Of a stretch of 37,857 nucleotides of DNA, positions 23,651 to 31,417 are shown piece by piece. Every line of letters starts with the position of its first letter. Position 1 is the stretch's first letter. The DNA is from Candidatus Liptonbacteria bacterium. GTDB lineage: Bacteria > Patescibacteriota > Minisyncoccia > UBA6257 > 2-01-FULL-56-20. Below the pieces are notes generated by a model that was not told the DNA's origin, ran no database searches, and saw nothing but the letters and a program-made list of their open reading frames with translations. A program made the translations under genes and the position numbers. The stretch is from positions 1-37,857 of the forward strand of contig JACRFR010000045.1 in the NCBI GenBank assembly GCA_016212635.1, read 5' to 3'.

Positions 23651-24145
23651 TCACGACTTTTTGGATTGCTGATCCAACACGAACATGAACGAACGGATAG
23701 GAGCGGCTAGCATACCCACCAGCTGCCCCAAGAGCACTTCCCGCGGCGGCAGTTGGCCGATCATGGTTACATTTGCCGCTTCCAGGTAGGTTCGAGTGCC
23801 AATGTCATAAGCGCCAAGTATCTTATTTGCTTCCAGCTTCAACCCGCGGAAGAATTTATAGATGGTCGCCGCCACATTTTCCAAAGCGCCCGTGGAGAAA
23901 ACCGTGCCCACCGCGCCGTCAAAGCGCGTGGTGTCCAGTTGGTGTCCTTTCTGCTTGAAGAGCACATTCAACAACCGCTTCTTGATAACCAAAAGTGGCG
24001 CTCCCGCTTGGCGCAGGTCGCGACGCAACTTGCGCAGCTCCTCGGTCGGCACCTTGCTGAAATCGGTGAAAACCAGTACCTTGCTCTCGGCGAGTAATTG
24101 CTCTGCTTTGTCCAATTCCGTTTTTTTCTGTTGTTTGGTCTTCAT
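23651..24145 (-). CDS. rplJ: 50S ribosomal protein L10
   Basis: The length, position upstream of rplL, and LRKLRRDLRQAGAPLLVIKKRL are typical of L10. Confidence 0.9.
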   Translation of the reverse strand: MKTKQQKKTELDKAEQLLAESKVLVFTDFSKVPTEELRKLRRDLRQAGAPLLVIKKRLLNVLFKQKGHQLDTTRFDGAVGTVFSTGALENVAATIYKFFRGLKLEANKILGAYDIGTRTYLEAANVTMIGQLPPREVLLGQLVGMLAAPIRSFMFVLDQQSKKS

Positions 24146-24215
24146 GGGATTCTCTGCGAATTACAAATTTGTACTAATATACGAATGGGACCTATATTTT
24201 TCGTATATTCGTATG

Positions 24216-24292
24216 TTTTCGTATTTCGTAGCTAATTTGCGACCTTTTCGTATTTCGTAGCTAATTTGCGACCTTTTCGTATTTCGTAGCTA
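24216..24292. repeat. 29-bp tandem repeat, 2.65 copies
   Basis: ttttcgtatttcgtagctaatttgcgacc occurs at 24216-24244 and 24245-24273, with a partial third copy to 24292. Confidence 0.9.
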
Positions 24293-24296
24293 AAAA

Positions 24297-24505
24297 TAAA
24301 AAACCCCGCTTCCGGCGGGGCTGCGCACTGTCATTCGAATGTGCCCATTCGTTTCCTCCGGAGGAGGATCCGCCCTAGGCGGAAAGGCAATTCGCATACA
24401 GCGCACTCCTCGGTGGGTCTCATACCCTTTCGGGTAGCCCAGTCCGACCTTGTGTCGGACCCCCGATTTCCGGCTTTCTGGAACATCAGGGCGGTCTTCG
24501 GAAGC
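24297..24505 (-). ncRNA. Candidate ~210-nt structured leader/attenuator RNA upstream of rplJ (possible L10-leader analogue)
   Basis: It is bounded by a consensus-like promoter and an intrinsic terminator (CCCCGC-CGGAA-GCGGGG + T6). It contains several stable hairpins. The overlapping ORFs look spurious. Confidence 0.4.
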
Positions 24506-24511
24506 AAAAAT

Positions 24512-24540
24512 ATACTACTTCTGCCTGGTACGGTTGTCAA
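24512..24540 (-). promoter_or_regulatory. Candidate promoter (TTGACA-17-TAGTAT) for the rplJ leader
   Basis: -35 is the reverse complement of 24535-24540 and -10 the reverse complement of 24512-24517. Confidence 0.5.
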
Positions 24541-24549
24541 ATTGAGGGG

Positions 24550-24670
24550 GCGCTGTTCGGAAACGTCAAAAAGTTATTCCCTGAGCCCGTCGAAGGGTAG
24601 CTTTTTGGCGGGTACATGGCATGGCCCTCGACAAGCTCGGGCAATAAAATCGGTGGTTTCCGAACAGCGC
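24550..24670. mobile_element. MITE family 1, copy 2 (TIR GCGCTGTTCGGAAAC; 9-bp TSD AATTGAGGG)
   Basis: TIRs lie at 24550-24564 and 24656-24670. AATTGAGGG is present at 24540-24548 and 24672-24680. The internal sequence differs from copies 1 and 3. Confidence 0.75.
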
Positions 24671-24738
24671 CAATTGAGGGATACGCTTGAGGGATACGCT
24701 TGTCCGGTATTTACCCGGATGGTGGCACCTCAAGCGGA

Positions 24739-24788
24739 GTTCCCAAATCACACGATTGTCCGACCGGACAATCGTGTGATTTGGGAAC
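24739..24788. repeat. 50-bp near-perfect palindrome (24-bp arms)
   Basis: gttcccaaatcacacgattgtccg ac cggacaatcgtgtgatttgggaac. Confidence 0.85.
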
Positions 24789-24915
24789 AGAAACAAAACG
24801 GCAAATTCTTGCACCATTTCTAATTGACCACCACTCTTAAGTCGACACGGATAAGATGCGGGGCCTGAAGCTGTGCGACGGTGCGAGGTTATCGCTGATT
24901 TTTGCAACCAGCTGA

Positions 24916-26580
24916 TCAGTTTGCGGTCCGCAATAACTCCGCGTAAGCCCGAAGCATTGCGGAATCAGGTGAACGCGCCAAGAGGGACCGCATTTCCTTC
25001 TCCGCCTCGGTCTGTTTATCTTCAGGGATCGAGGTTGGATCCAAAAACGGATTTACTATTTTAATGCCGTATTGGTCGATCACTACCCGATTCTCCGGCG
25101 TATTCCGTACCAGCAAAATCGCGGCGTCGTCCCAATAAACCAACCGGAAATTGTGCTTTTCGATCAGCGCCCGCTGAAGCGGCGCGACTACTCCGTCCAG
25201 CGGCTGGCGGTACCAAAGCAAAAAGTAATTCAGACGGTAGTGGTCGAATGCGAGCTGCTCCCAACCCGGCCGCATCTGGGCAATGGTCAAAAAATCTTGC
25301 GCCGGCCGCCCGGCAGAGGTTTCCGCCCGGCCGTCCAGAAAAACCTTGTACTTGGGATACAGCCGCCACTCCAGGTAGCCGCCGTCGTGGGCAAAGTTGA
25401 ATCCCGGCCCGGCGATACCCGTCTGCCCTAAAAAATCAACTGCTTGAGTGGCCAGAATATGGGTGCCCACCGGCTCCCGGGGCCAAGCGAGCAACCCCCG
25501 AGACAAAAGCGCGATGCCCAAGATAGCTGCCGCCGCGACTCCGATGCGCCTGAAAGCCCGCGCGTTCAGTCTGGCGGCTAACTTAGCGAAAACCCCAGAC
25601 TGGGAAAGCTCTGTCGCTAAGAGCGGAGCGGCGACCAGTGGAAAATATCCGACGTGTCGGATCGCGAGCAGAGGCATGAGAGAAACGCCCAAAACTAAAC
25701 CGGTGCGGGTTAGATGCGGCTTGCGATCATGCAGGAATTTAAAAACCAGCAATAGATCCACGGCCGTCATCAGAGCCAGGAATAATTTGGCCTGCGGGAT
25801 GGCGAGAAAGTCCAGGAGCGAGCGCCACTCCGCCACGTTCAAGAGAGCGTGAGTGTCGCGAATGAAATAGTAGTAAAAAACCGACTGGTAGGTGTTGGGG
25901 TTTAGAAACGCGAAGACTAGGGCCGCGAGTCCGGCATAAATAAACCGGCGCCGCTCCCGGGTCGAGAGTGCCGGCGCCCCCCAGCGCCGCAGTTTGCTCT
26001 TTAGTATGTCCGCCAAGCCGTACCAACAAATCGCCGCCAAACCCAAAAGCACGCTGGCGTGAGCATTAGCCCAGAACCAGATCAAAAACACCAGCCCGAC
26101 CAGATACGCCGTTTTCGGCCAGCGCCAATAAGAATCCAGCAGAAGCACCGCCGCCGCGAGTAGAAAGTAAGATAGCACTTGCGGCCGGACCACCCACTGT
26201 TCCAGAGTCAGATAGGCGACCGGAAAGAGAACCGCGAGCGCCCAGTACGGATGAGCGCCCCAGCGGCGAGCCAAAAGAAAAACCAGGTAGTAGGTCAGTG
26301 TGCCGAGGAGCGCGATCCCGGTTATGAGCCCCCACGGTCCAAAGGCAACAATAACCAAGTAGAAAAGAATTTGGATCAGCCACTCGTGACTGATCCAACG
26401 GCCACCGGGGTTAGTGAAAGTGAAACTATCGGTGGTCGGCACTGACCGAGTTTCCACCATCAGCCGCCCCGCGGACAGGTGGTAAAAAGTATCAAAATCT
26501 CGGATCTGATTGAAAGAAAAAACGAAAAATATGCCCAGGAGTAAAAGCAGAAAGACTTTCTGGGCCCGGGTGAGGGTCAT
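24916..26580 (-). CDS. Polytopic membrane protein, putatively a GT-C-fold glycosyltransferase (ArnT/PMT-like)
   Basis: ~12 predicted TM segments followed by a ~130-aa soluble C-terminal domain. Assignment is by architecture only. Confidence 0.4.
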   Translation of the reverse strand: MTLTRAQKVFLLLLLGIFFVFSFNQIRDFDTFYHLSAGRLMVETRSVPTTDSFTFTNPGGRWISHEWLIQILFYLVIVAFGPWGLITGIALLGTLTYYLVFLLARRWGAHPYWALAVLFPVAYLTLEQWVVRPQVLSYFLLAAAVLLLDSYWRWPKTAYLVGLVFLIWFWANAHASVLLGLAAICWYGLADILKSKLRRWGAPALSTRERRRFIYAGLAALVFAFLNPNTYQSVFYYYFIRDTHALLNVAEWRSLLDFLAIPQAKLFLALMTAVDLLLVFKFLHDRKPHLTRTGLVLGVSLMPLLAIRHVGYFPLVAAPLLATELSQSGVFAKLAARLNARAFRRIGVAAAAILGIALLSRGLLAWPREPVGTHILATQAVDFLGQTGIAGPGFNFAHDGGYLEWRLYPKYKVFLDGRAETSAGRPAQDFLTIAQMRPGWEQLAFDHYRLNYFLLWYRQPLDGVVAPLQRALIEKHNFRLVYWDDAAILLVRNTPENRVVIDQYGIKIVNPFLDPTSIPEDKQTEAEKEMRSLLARSPDSAMLRAYAELLRTAN

Positions 26581-26590
26581 ATCAATAGTT

Positions 26591-27508
26591 CTAAATCGCC
26601 CAGCCCAGCAGCCCGGAAATAGTGACCAGCGAGAAGACAGTGCTCATCACGATAGCTGTGGCCACAAAAGACTTGTCCAGTCGAAACTTGTCGGCCAGAA
26701 CAAAGGCGGTTACGGCGGTGGGCATGCCCGAGATGAGACCGGCCACCGCGGCCCCGGGCGCTGGCACTTTAAGCCAGTAGCCCAAGAGAAAAACTAATAT
26801 CGGGAAGATCACCAGCTTCAAACCAGTGGTCAGCGCGGCTGAAAAGAAGTGTCGCCGGGGCAGACGATTGTGCAGAAAAGCGCCCAGAGCGAAGAGCGCG
26901 CCGGGCGAGGCGGTGGCGCCCAGCATCCGGAGTGGTTCACGCAGGACACCCGCCACGAATCCCTGGAAATTTACCAGGCCCAAAACGGTGCCGACCACAA
27001 GCGCCAAAACCAAGGGGTTGAACGCAAAATCGCGCGCGTGGCCCCAGAAATTCTTACTGCGCAAGACCCAGTGGTCCGCGCCCATGATCGCCAGGATCAG
27101 TCCCACCACCAAGTGAGCCGAGGCCACCCCCGCGACCAATCCGAAGTTCGTCGTGCCGAAAGCCCGCTCGCCCAAAGGGAAACCCATGTAAACCGCGTTG
27201 GCTACCAAAGCGGCAATGAAAATCTCCGTTTTGCGGCTGCCCGGGAACGATAACTTATCCAAGACCAGAAACAGCAACAGGCCAAAAAGCAGGACCGCGC
27301 CGGCCGTGAAGCCCACCACCGCGAGCACGCCCTGGGCCCGCCAATCCATCTGCCAAAAACTGATAGCGATGAGGGCCGGTAAGGAAACGTAGTATACGAA
27401 AGAGTTCAAAACCGAGACCCAGCTGGCCTGGGCCAAACCAATCCGCCGCAGGATATACCCCAAGCCGATGATCAAAAAGATCGGCAGGACGATACTCAAA
27501 ACTGTCAT
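26591..27508 (-). CDS. AEC (auxin efflux carrier) family transporter
   Basis: MTVLSIVLPIFLIIGLGYILRRIG start typical of the family, with ~10 TM segments in 305 aa. Confidence 0.7.
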   Translation of the reverse strand: MTVLSIVLPIFLIIGLGYILRRIGLAQASWVSVLNSFVYYVSLPALIAISFWQMDWRAQGVLAVVGFTAGAVLLFGLLLFLVLDKLSFPGSRKTEIFIAALVANAVYMGFPLGERAFGTTNFGLVAGVASAHLVVGLILAIMGADHWVLRSKNFWGHARDFAFNPLVLALVVGTVLGLVNFQGFVAGVLREPLRMLGATASPGALFALGAFLHNRLPRRHFFSAALTTGLKLVIFPILVFLLGYWLKVPAPGAAVAGLISGMPTAVTAFVLADKFRLDKSFVATAIVMSTVFSLVTISGLLGWAI

Positions 27509-27559
27509 CGAGTAATCATACCACGCCCGGCGAAAATCCGCGCGGGGTCGATCTGGTTA

Positions 27560-28501
27560 TCAGCTTCGCTTTTTAATAACCCGTGCCTCCGGCCGAGCCA
27601 ACCACTTAGCCATAATTCGGCCCAGTTCCCCCCGGTGGCCCTTAAAGCCATGATCCGCACCAGGGATAATACGGTACGCGAAGTCGGGCTGGTAGCTTTT
27701 CAAGATCTCGATAACCTTGGGCACATTGCCCCAAGCATACTCGTCCTGCTCGCCGTAGACCACTAGGGTCGGTTTCCTCATCTTTCGGTAGAAACGGAAC
27801 AAGGGCCGGGTAGACAGACTAACCCGCCTCAATACTTCGTAGAATGGAAAAGTGTTGTAGTCGCCATCGGGATTAGCCAGGTCGAAAAAGCCCTGGTAGG
27901 AAAAAATGGTGTCGGGCAGCAATTCTTTGATTATTTCCCCGCCCTGGCCCGCCTTTATTTTCCGCCGAGCTTCTTTCAACAAGCGCCAGAACTTGGTCCG
28001 GCCGGACGAGCGATAAGTAATGCCCACGTCATCCCCTCCGGCGAGCAAAATGTATCCACTGATTGGATTGCGCTTCTGGTAGTGATCGTAGACGCAAATT
28101 TTATTTGCGCCGGTGGAGGCACCGACCAGATACAATTTCCGGTAACCTCTGGATTTCAGGAACTGGACCGCGCCGTTGATGTCTGGCACGCACTCGCGAA
28201 TTTTCTCATATGCCATGCCAAAGCGCCGGCGTTTTTCAATATTGCCTTTCCGGATGGTAAGTTTTTTTATCAAGTGCGCACCGCGGTTATTGAAAGCTAG
28301 AAACGCAATTCCGCGCCGGTTAAGCTCTGCCGCCAATACTCGGCTGTATTGAGGTTCACCATAAAAGACCGAGGAGCTGCCGTTGCCGTGCAGATAGATC
28401 GCCGCTGATTGGTGCGCCTTGGTGCTATAAAGCAGGCCGGGTAACTCCAGCCCGTCCGGTGTTTTTATTCCTACTAACTCCGGTTTCACCATGCGCATCA
28501 A
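27560..28501 (-). CDS. Alpha/beta-fold hydrolase
   Basis: Nucleophile elbow GASTG in LYLVGASTGANK, and a late GADHGF histidine motif. Confidence 0.65.
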   Translation of the reverse strand: MMRMVKPELVGIKTPDGLELPGLLYSTKAHQSAAIYLHGNGSSSVFYGEPQYSRVLAAELNRRGIAFLAFNNRGAHLIKKLTIRKGNIEKRRRFGMAYEKIRECVPDINGAVQFLKSRGYRKLYLVGASTGANKICVYDHYQKRNPISGYILLAGGDDVGITYRSSGRTKFWRLLKEARRKIKAGQGGEIIKELLPDTIFSYQGFFDLANPDGDYNTFPFYEVLRRVSLSTRPLFRFYRKMRKPTLVVYGEQDEYAWGNVPKVIEILKSYQPDFAYRIIPGADHGFKGHRGELGRIMAKWLARPEARVIKKRS

Positions 28502-28544
28502 ACTATTATAGTATCATTCGAGTTAATGATAACATCATGGTTTT

Positions 28545-28649
28545 TTATAGGACCTCCACGCCAAAATCTTTTAATTCCGCGACCAGTCGTTTGAGCGGAA
28601 GCCCCATCGCGTTGAAGAAATCACCCTCAATTCTAATCAGCGGGAGCAT
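28545..28649 (-). pseudogene. 34-codon ORF resembling the C-terminus of Maf (probable gene remnant)
   Basis: MLPLIRIEGDFFNAMGLPLKRLVAELKDFGVEVL resembles the Maf tail (I-x-G-D-x-x-N-V-x-G-L-P). An in-frame TGA lies 3 codons upstream, and only 77 nt remain before the next gene. Confidence 0.4.
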
Positions 28650-28726
28650 ATAGGTTCAGAACCAAATCCTAACAAGCCGTCGCAACCTTTTCTGAAAAGC
28701 TCGCGTGAGGCCTGTAGGTCGACTTT

Positions 28727-29236
28727 TCAGTTTGTATTTTTGAAATAGTACTCCAAAACGCCGAGTTGGAGAGTGAATATTTTTTCTGGGTTCCCGTCGA
28801 AGATTTTTTTCAGTTCTTCCTTTTTCATCCAACGTATATCTTTTACTTCGTCAGCTTGAGGCTTAGGTTCTCCAACTTCCACTTCGCACAAAAAAACAAA
28901 CCCAACCCATGGCTTTCCACCTTTAAGTTGCTGTTGGCAACAAAAGGGAACAAATGCAAACGAGGCGTCATTTCTAGGGCCGTGAATGCTGGTCTTTATG
29001 TCGGGAATAACCTTAGTAACCACAAGTCCCGTTTCTTCTAGTATCTCCCTTTTGAGGGCTTTATACACGTTTTCATATTTATCCATCCAACCAGCGGGAA
29101 TTTCCAGAGTGCCGGAATATTCAGAATCTCGCTCGGGTTTCCAGCGAGTTTGGACCAAGATTTCTTTCCCGTCAATTCCATCGCGTTCGATTATGGCGGA
29201 AACGACGGAGATGTTTGTTTCCTGATTTTGTGACAT
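28727..29236 (-). CDS. Nudix hydrolase
   Basis: Nudix box AGWMDKYENVYKALKREILEETGL. The region has low GC. Confidence 0.8.
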   Translation of the reverse strand: MSQNQETNISVVSAIIERDGIDGKEILVQTRWKPERDSEYSGTLEIPAGWMDKYENVYKALKREILEETGLVVTKVIPDIKTSIHGPRNDASFAFVPFCCQQQLKGGKPWVGFVFLCEVEVGEPKPQADEVKDIRWMKKEELKKIFDGNPEKIFTLQLGVLEYYFKNTN

Positions 29237-29335
29237 ATACTTCCAGTTTACATTATGAAATTTATTATACGAAGCAAGCTACCTGGGTCGCTCTGCCGCC
29301 ACGGGCGGGAGGGTCTCCCGATGCTAAATATTTAC

Positions 29336-29410
29336 TGGCGGGGGCACTAGGATTCGAACCTAGAAGTTCGCTTTTGGAGAGCGACAGTTTGCCATTGAGC
29401 TTATGCCCCC
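29336..29410 (-). tRNA. tRNA-Trp (anticodon CCA), CCA end encoded
   Basis: In the reverse complement: acceptor GGGGGCA/TGCCCCC, anticodon loop CTCCAAA, T-arm CTAGG-TTCGAAT-CCTAG, G73, CCA. Confidence 0.8.
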
Positions 29411-29538
29411 ATTGCACAATATCCTATAACGCCCCAGGGTACGACGCAACCCGTTATTTTCCGTGCCGTTCGGATCAATATCCTGCCCTAGCCTACCCGT
29501 CCACACAACTCCCCTTGCCATTTTCTCCCCATCCCTAA

Positions 29539-29578
29539 TGTTTCCTCTATTCGAGAATATTCTTGAATAGAGGAAACA
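29539..29578. promoter_or_regulatory. Palindromic site A: TGTTTCC-N9-GAATATTC-N9-GGAAACA
   Basis: Near-perfect 44-bp palindrome at 29537-29580. Confidence 0.6.
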
Positions 29579-29651
29579 TTTACCGGCCGCGACCCATCTG
29601 ATTTACGACCTAATTTACTTGCCGATCCACCACCAGCTCCAGATTGTAAAT

Positions 29652-29691
29652 TGTTTCCCCTTTTCGGGAATATTCTGTTATAATGGAAACA
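29652..29691. promoter_or_regulatory. Palindromic site B, same architecture, overlapping an extended -10 (TGtTATAAT, 29676-29684) and ending 1 nt before the ATG
   Basis: TGTTTCC at 29652, GAATATTC at 29668, GGAAACA at 29685. The -10 position implies a leaderless or near-leaderless mRNA. Confidence 0.6.
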
Positions 29692-29692
29692 C

Positions 29693-30265
29693 ATGCCCCG
29701 GAGCTTTCACTCACGAAGCGGTCTGACTCGGGATACCCTGCTTCGCCTCGCGGCGCTCGGTGTTCTGACCATCGCCGCAGGAACTTCTCCATACTTTTTA
29801 TCCAAGTTGGCACAGACTTATTTCCAAGACAAAATCCGAGAAACTATTCGGGCGCGGGCTAAAAAGCTTCGAGAGTTGGAGAGGCGCCAGTTGGTCAACT
29901 TTCAAGAGCTGGCGGACGGTAAGATTCGAATCGAGCTGACCCACCACGGCAAGAAATTGATTCGGCTTTATAATCTAGACGAGATGAAGTTGACGCGGCC
30001 CAAGCGTTGGGATGGACGCTGGCGGATAGTTGTCTATGACATCCCAACCGGGCAGAAACGAGCCAGCAACGCTTTTCGGGAGAAACTGAAGCAATTAGGA
30101 CTCTACCCCTTGCAACGCAGCGTTTGGATCTCGCCTTTCGAGTGCCTACCGGAGTTGGAATTTCTCGCTACCGTTTTCGAGATTGATATCGATAGTTGCC
30201 TTTGTTATTTAATGGCAACTCAAGTGCCCCGCGAGAAAGAACTGCGAAGATTCTTCGGCTTGTGA
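29693..30265 (+). CDS. PaaX-like / Cas2-fold putative transcriptional regulator
   Basis: RWDGRWRIVVYDIPTGQKRASNAFREKLKQLGLYPLQRSVWISPF matches the PaaX-type (Cas2-like ferredoxin fold) core. It is preceded by a winged-helix-like segment. Confidence 0.55.
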   Translation: MPRSFHSRSGLTRDTLLRLAALGVLTIAAGTSPYFLSKLAQTYFQDKIRETIRARAKKLRELERRQLVNFQELADGKIRIELTHHGKKLIRLYNLDEMKLTRPKRWDGRWRIVVYDIPTGQKRASNAFREKLKQLGLYPLQRSVWISPFECLPELEFLATVFEIDIDSCLCYLMATQVPREKELRRFFGL

Positions 30266-30306
30266 CCCCCTGCCCCTGTCCGATCAAAACCGGCGAGCCT
30301 AGACAA

Positions 30307-30346
30307 TGTTTCCCATTTTCTGGAATATTCACGAATAAGGGAAACA
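30307..30346. promoter_or_regulatory. Palindromic site C, same architecture, 41 nt after the regulator gene stop
   Basis: TGTTTCC at 30307, GAATATTC at 30323, GGAAACA at 30340. The internal spacings (16 and 17 nt) are identical to those of sites A and B. Confidence 0.6.
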
Positions 30347-30363
30347 AATGGAGCTAAGACCAT

Positions 30364-30540
30364 GGGACTGTTGCCAAATTCACTTTTTGATTGATTTGTC
30401 ATGCGGAATTGATTTGTCATGCGGAGCGGAGCGAAGCATCTAGGTTTTATTGGGTTTTTAACGCGCGCGAGATCCTTCACTTGTTTCCACCCAAGGCGGA
30501 CCCTCCTCGGGAGGGCAGGATGACATTCGGCGACAGTCCC
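30364..30540. mobile_element. MITE-like element, family 2, copy b
   Basis: gggactgttgccaaat at 30364-30379 opposes attcggcgacagtccc at 30525-30540. The internal gcgaagcatctaggttttattgggttttt is the inverse of the core of copy a. Confidence 0.55.
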
Positions 30541-30576
30541 ACAATAACCCGACTGGCCCCACTGAAGCGAGTCTTT

Positions 30577-30756
30577 TTACTTACCAGAGATTTTAACTTC
30601 TTTGTGTGTCGTTTGCTTGCGGCACCAGGGACAGAACTTTTTGAGTTCGATCTTACGGGTCACTAGCTTCTTGTTCCGGCGGGTGTAGTAATTCCGGCGC
30701 TTGCAGGTACCGCACCGGAGTCCGATCAAGTTGTCCGAGTATTTAACTTTAGCCAT
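30577..30756 (-). CDS. rpmG: 50S ribosomal protein L33 (59 aa; below the ORF-track size cutoff)
   Basis: Manual translation gives [59 protein letters not shown]. Confidence 0.85.
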   Translation of the reverse strand: MAKVKYSDNLIGLRCGTCKRRNYYTRRNKKLVTRKIELKKFCPWCRKQTTHKEVKISGK

Positions 30757-30765
30757 TGTGCGGTT

Positions 30766-30794
30766 ATGCTATCATACCGCTCGATTATTGGCAA
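30766..30794 (-). promoter_or_regulatory. Candidate rpmG promoter (TTGCCA-17-TAGCAT, TG-extended)
   Basis: -35 is the reverse complement of 30789-30794 and -10 the reverse complement of 30766-30771. The -35 directly abuts the MITE target-site duplication. Confidence 0.4.
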
Positions 30795-30803
30795 CTGATT
30801 TCA

Positions 30804-30934
30804 GCGCTGTTCGAAAACGACCTTTTCTCTTATCCCTCTCGGTCATCCCGGGCTTGACCCGGGATCCAGGATCCTGAAAAACCTGGATTCCCGCTTTCGC
30901 GGGAATGACAACCCCCCTGGTTTTCGAACAGCGC
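30804..30934. mobile_element. MITE family 1, copy 3 (TIR GCGCTGTTCGAAAAC; 9-bp TSD CTGATTTCA), inserted in the 3' end of a Nudix gene
   Basis: TIRs lie at 30804-30818 and 30920-30934. CTGATTTCA is present at 30795-30803 and 30937-30945. The core is nearly identical to copy 1. Confidence 0.8.
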
Positions 30935-31417
30935 ACCTGATTTCAGATATGCGGCGACGGCCGGGCGGACATTGTCGATCAGATTCAAGTCGGTTGCTTC
31001 CGATGGCGAAATCCAACGGAATTCGTCGTGATCCTGACCCAGTTTGACTTCCCCGTCCCCTGCCCGGCACCGAAAATAAACTCCCACGATTTGCCACTTC
31101 TCGCCGCGCACTTCTGGTCGCCACTCGCCCACATAAAAAGGCTCGCCGACTTCCGCGGTCAATCCGGTTTCTTCCAAAACCTCCCGCTTCAAGCTTTCAT
31201 CGAATCGTTGTCCCGGTTCCACCCGCCCGCCAGGCACATCCCACCGCCCGGCATTCGTTCCGTCGGCATAAACATTGGACTCCCGCAGAACCAAAATCTT
31301 CCCATCCCGCTCCAAAAAAGCCTTAGTGGCTACGAAGATTCTGTCCACTTTGTCCATCATCATTTCTTTTTGCCAAATTCCCCAAACGATTCTGGAGCTA
31401 TCCGCCTTACGTGACAA
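30830..31417 (-). CDS. Nudix hydrolase whose last ~33 codons are MITE-derived
   Basis: Nudix box GGRVEPGQRFDESLKREVLEETGL. The tail ALFENQGGCHSRESGNPGFSGSWIPGQARDDREG is encoded by the MITE. The true start is probably MMMDK near 31363. Confidence 0.8.
   Translation of the reverse strand: MSRKADSSRIVWGIWQKEMMMDKVDRIFVATKAFLERDGKILVLRESNVYADGTNAGRWDVPGGRVEPGQRFDESLKREVLEETGLTAEVGEPFYVGEWRPEVRGEKWQIVGVYFRCRAGDGEVKLGQDHDEFRWISPSEATDLNLIDNVRPAVAAYLKSGALFENQGGCHSRESGNPGFSGSWIPGQARDDREG

Noticed and set aside
24331-24907. ORFs 24331-24540(-), 24341-24823(+) and 24566-24907(-)
   Set aside because: They run through the candidate rplJ leader, a MITE and a 50-bp palindrome. Their peptides are typical translated-repeat sequences.
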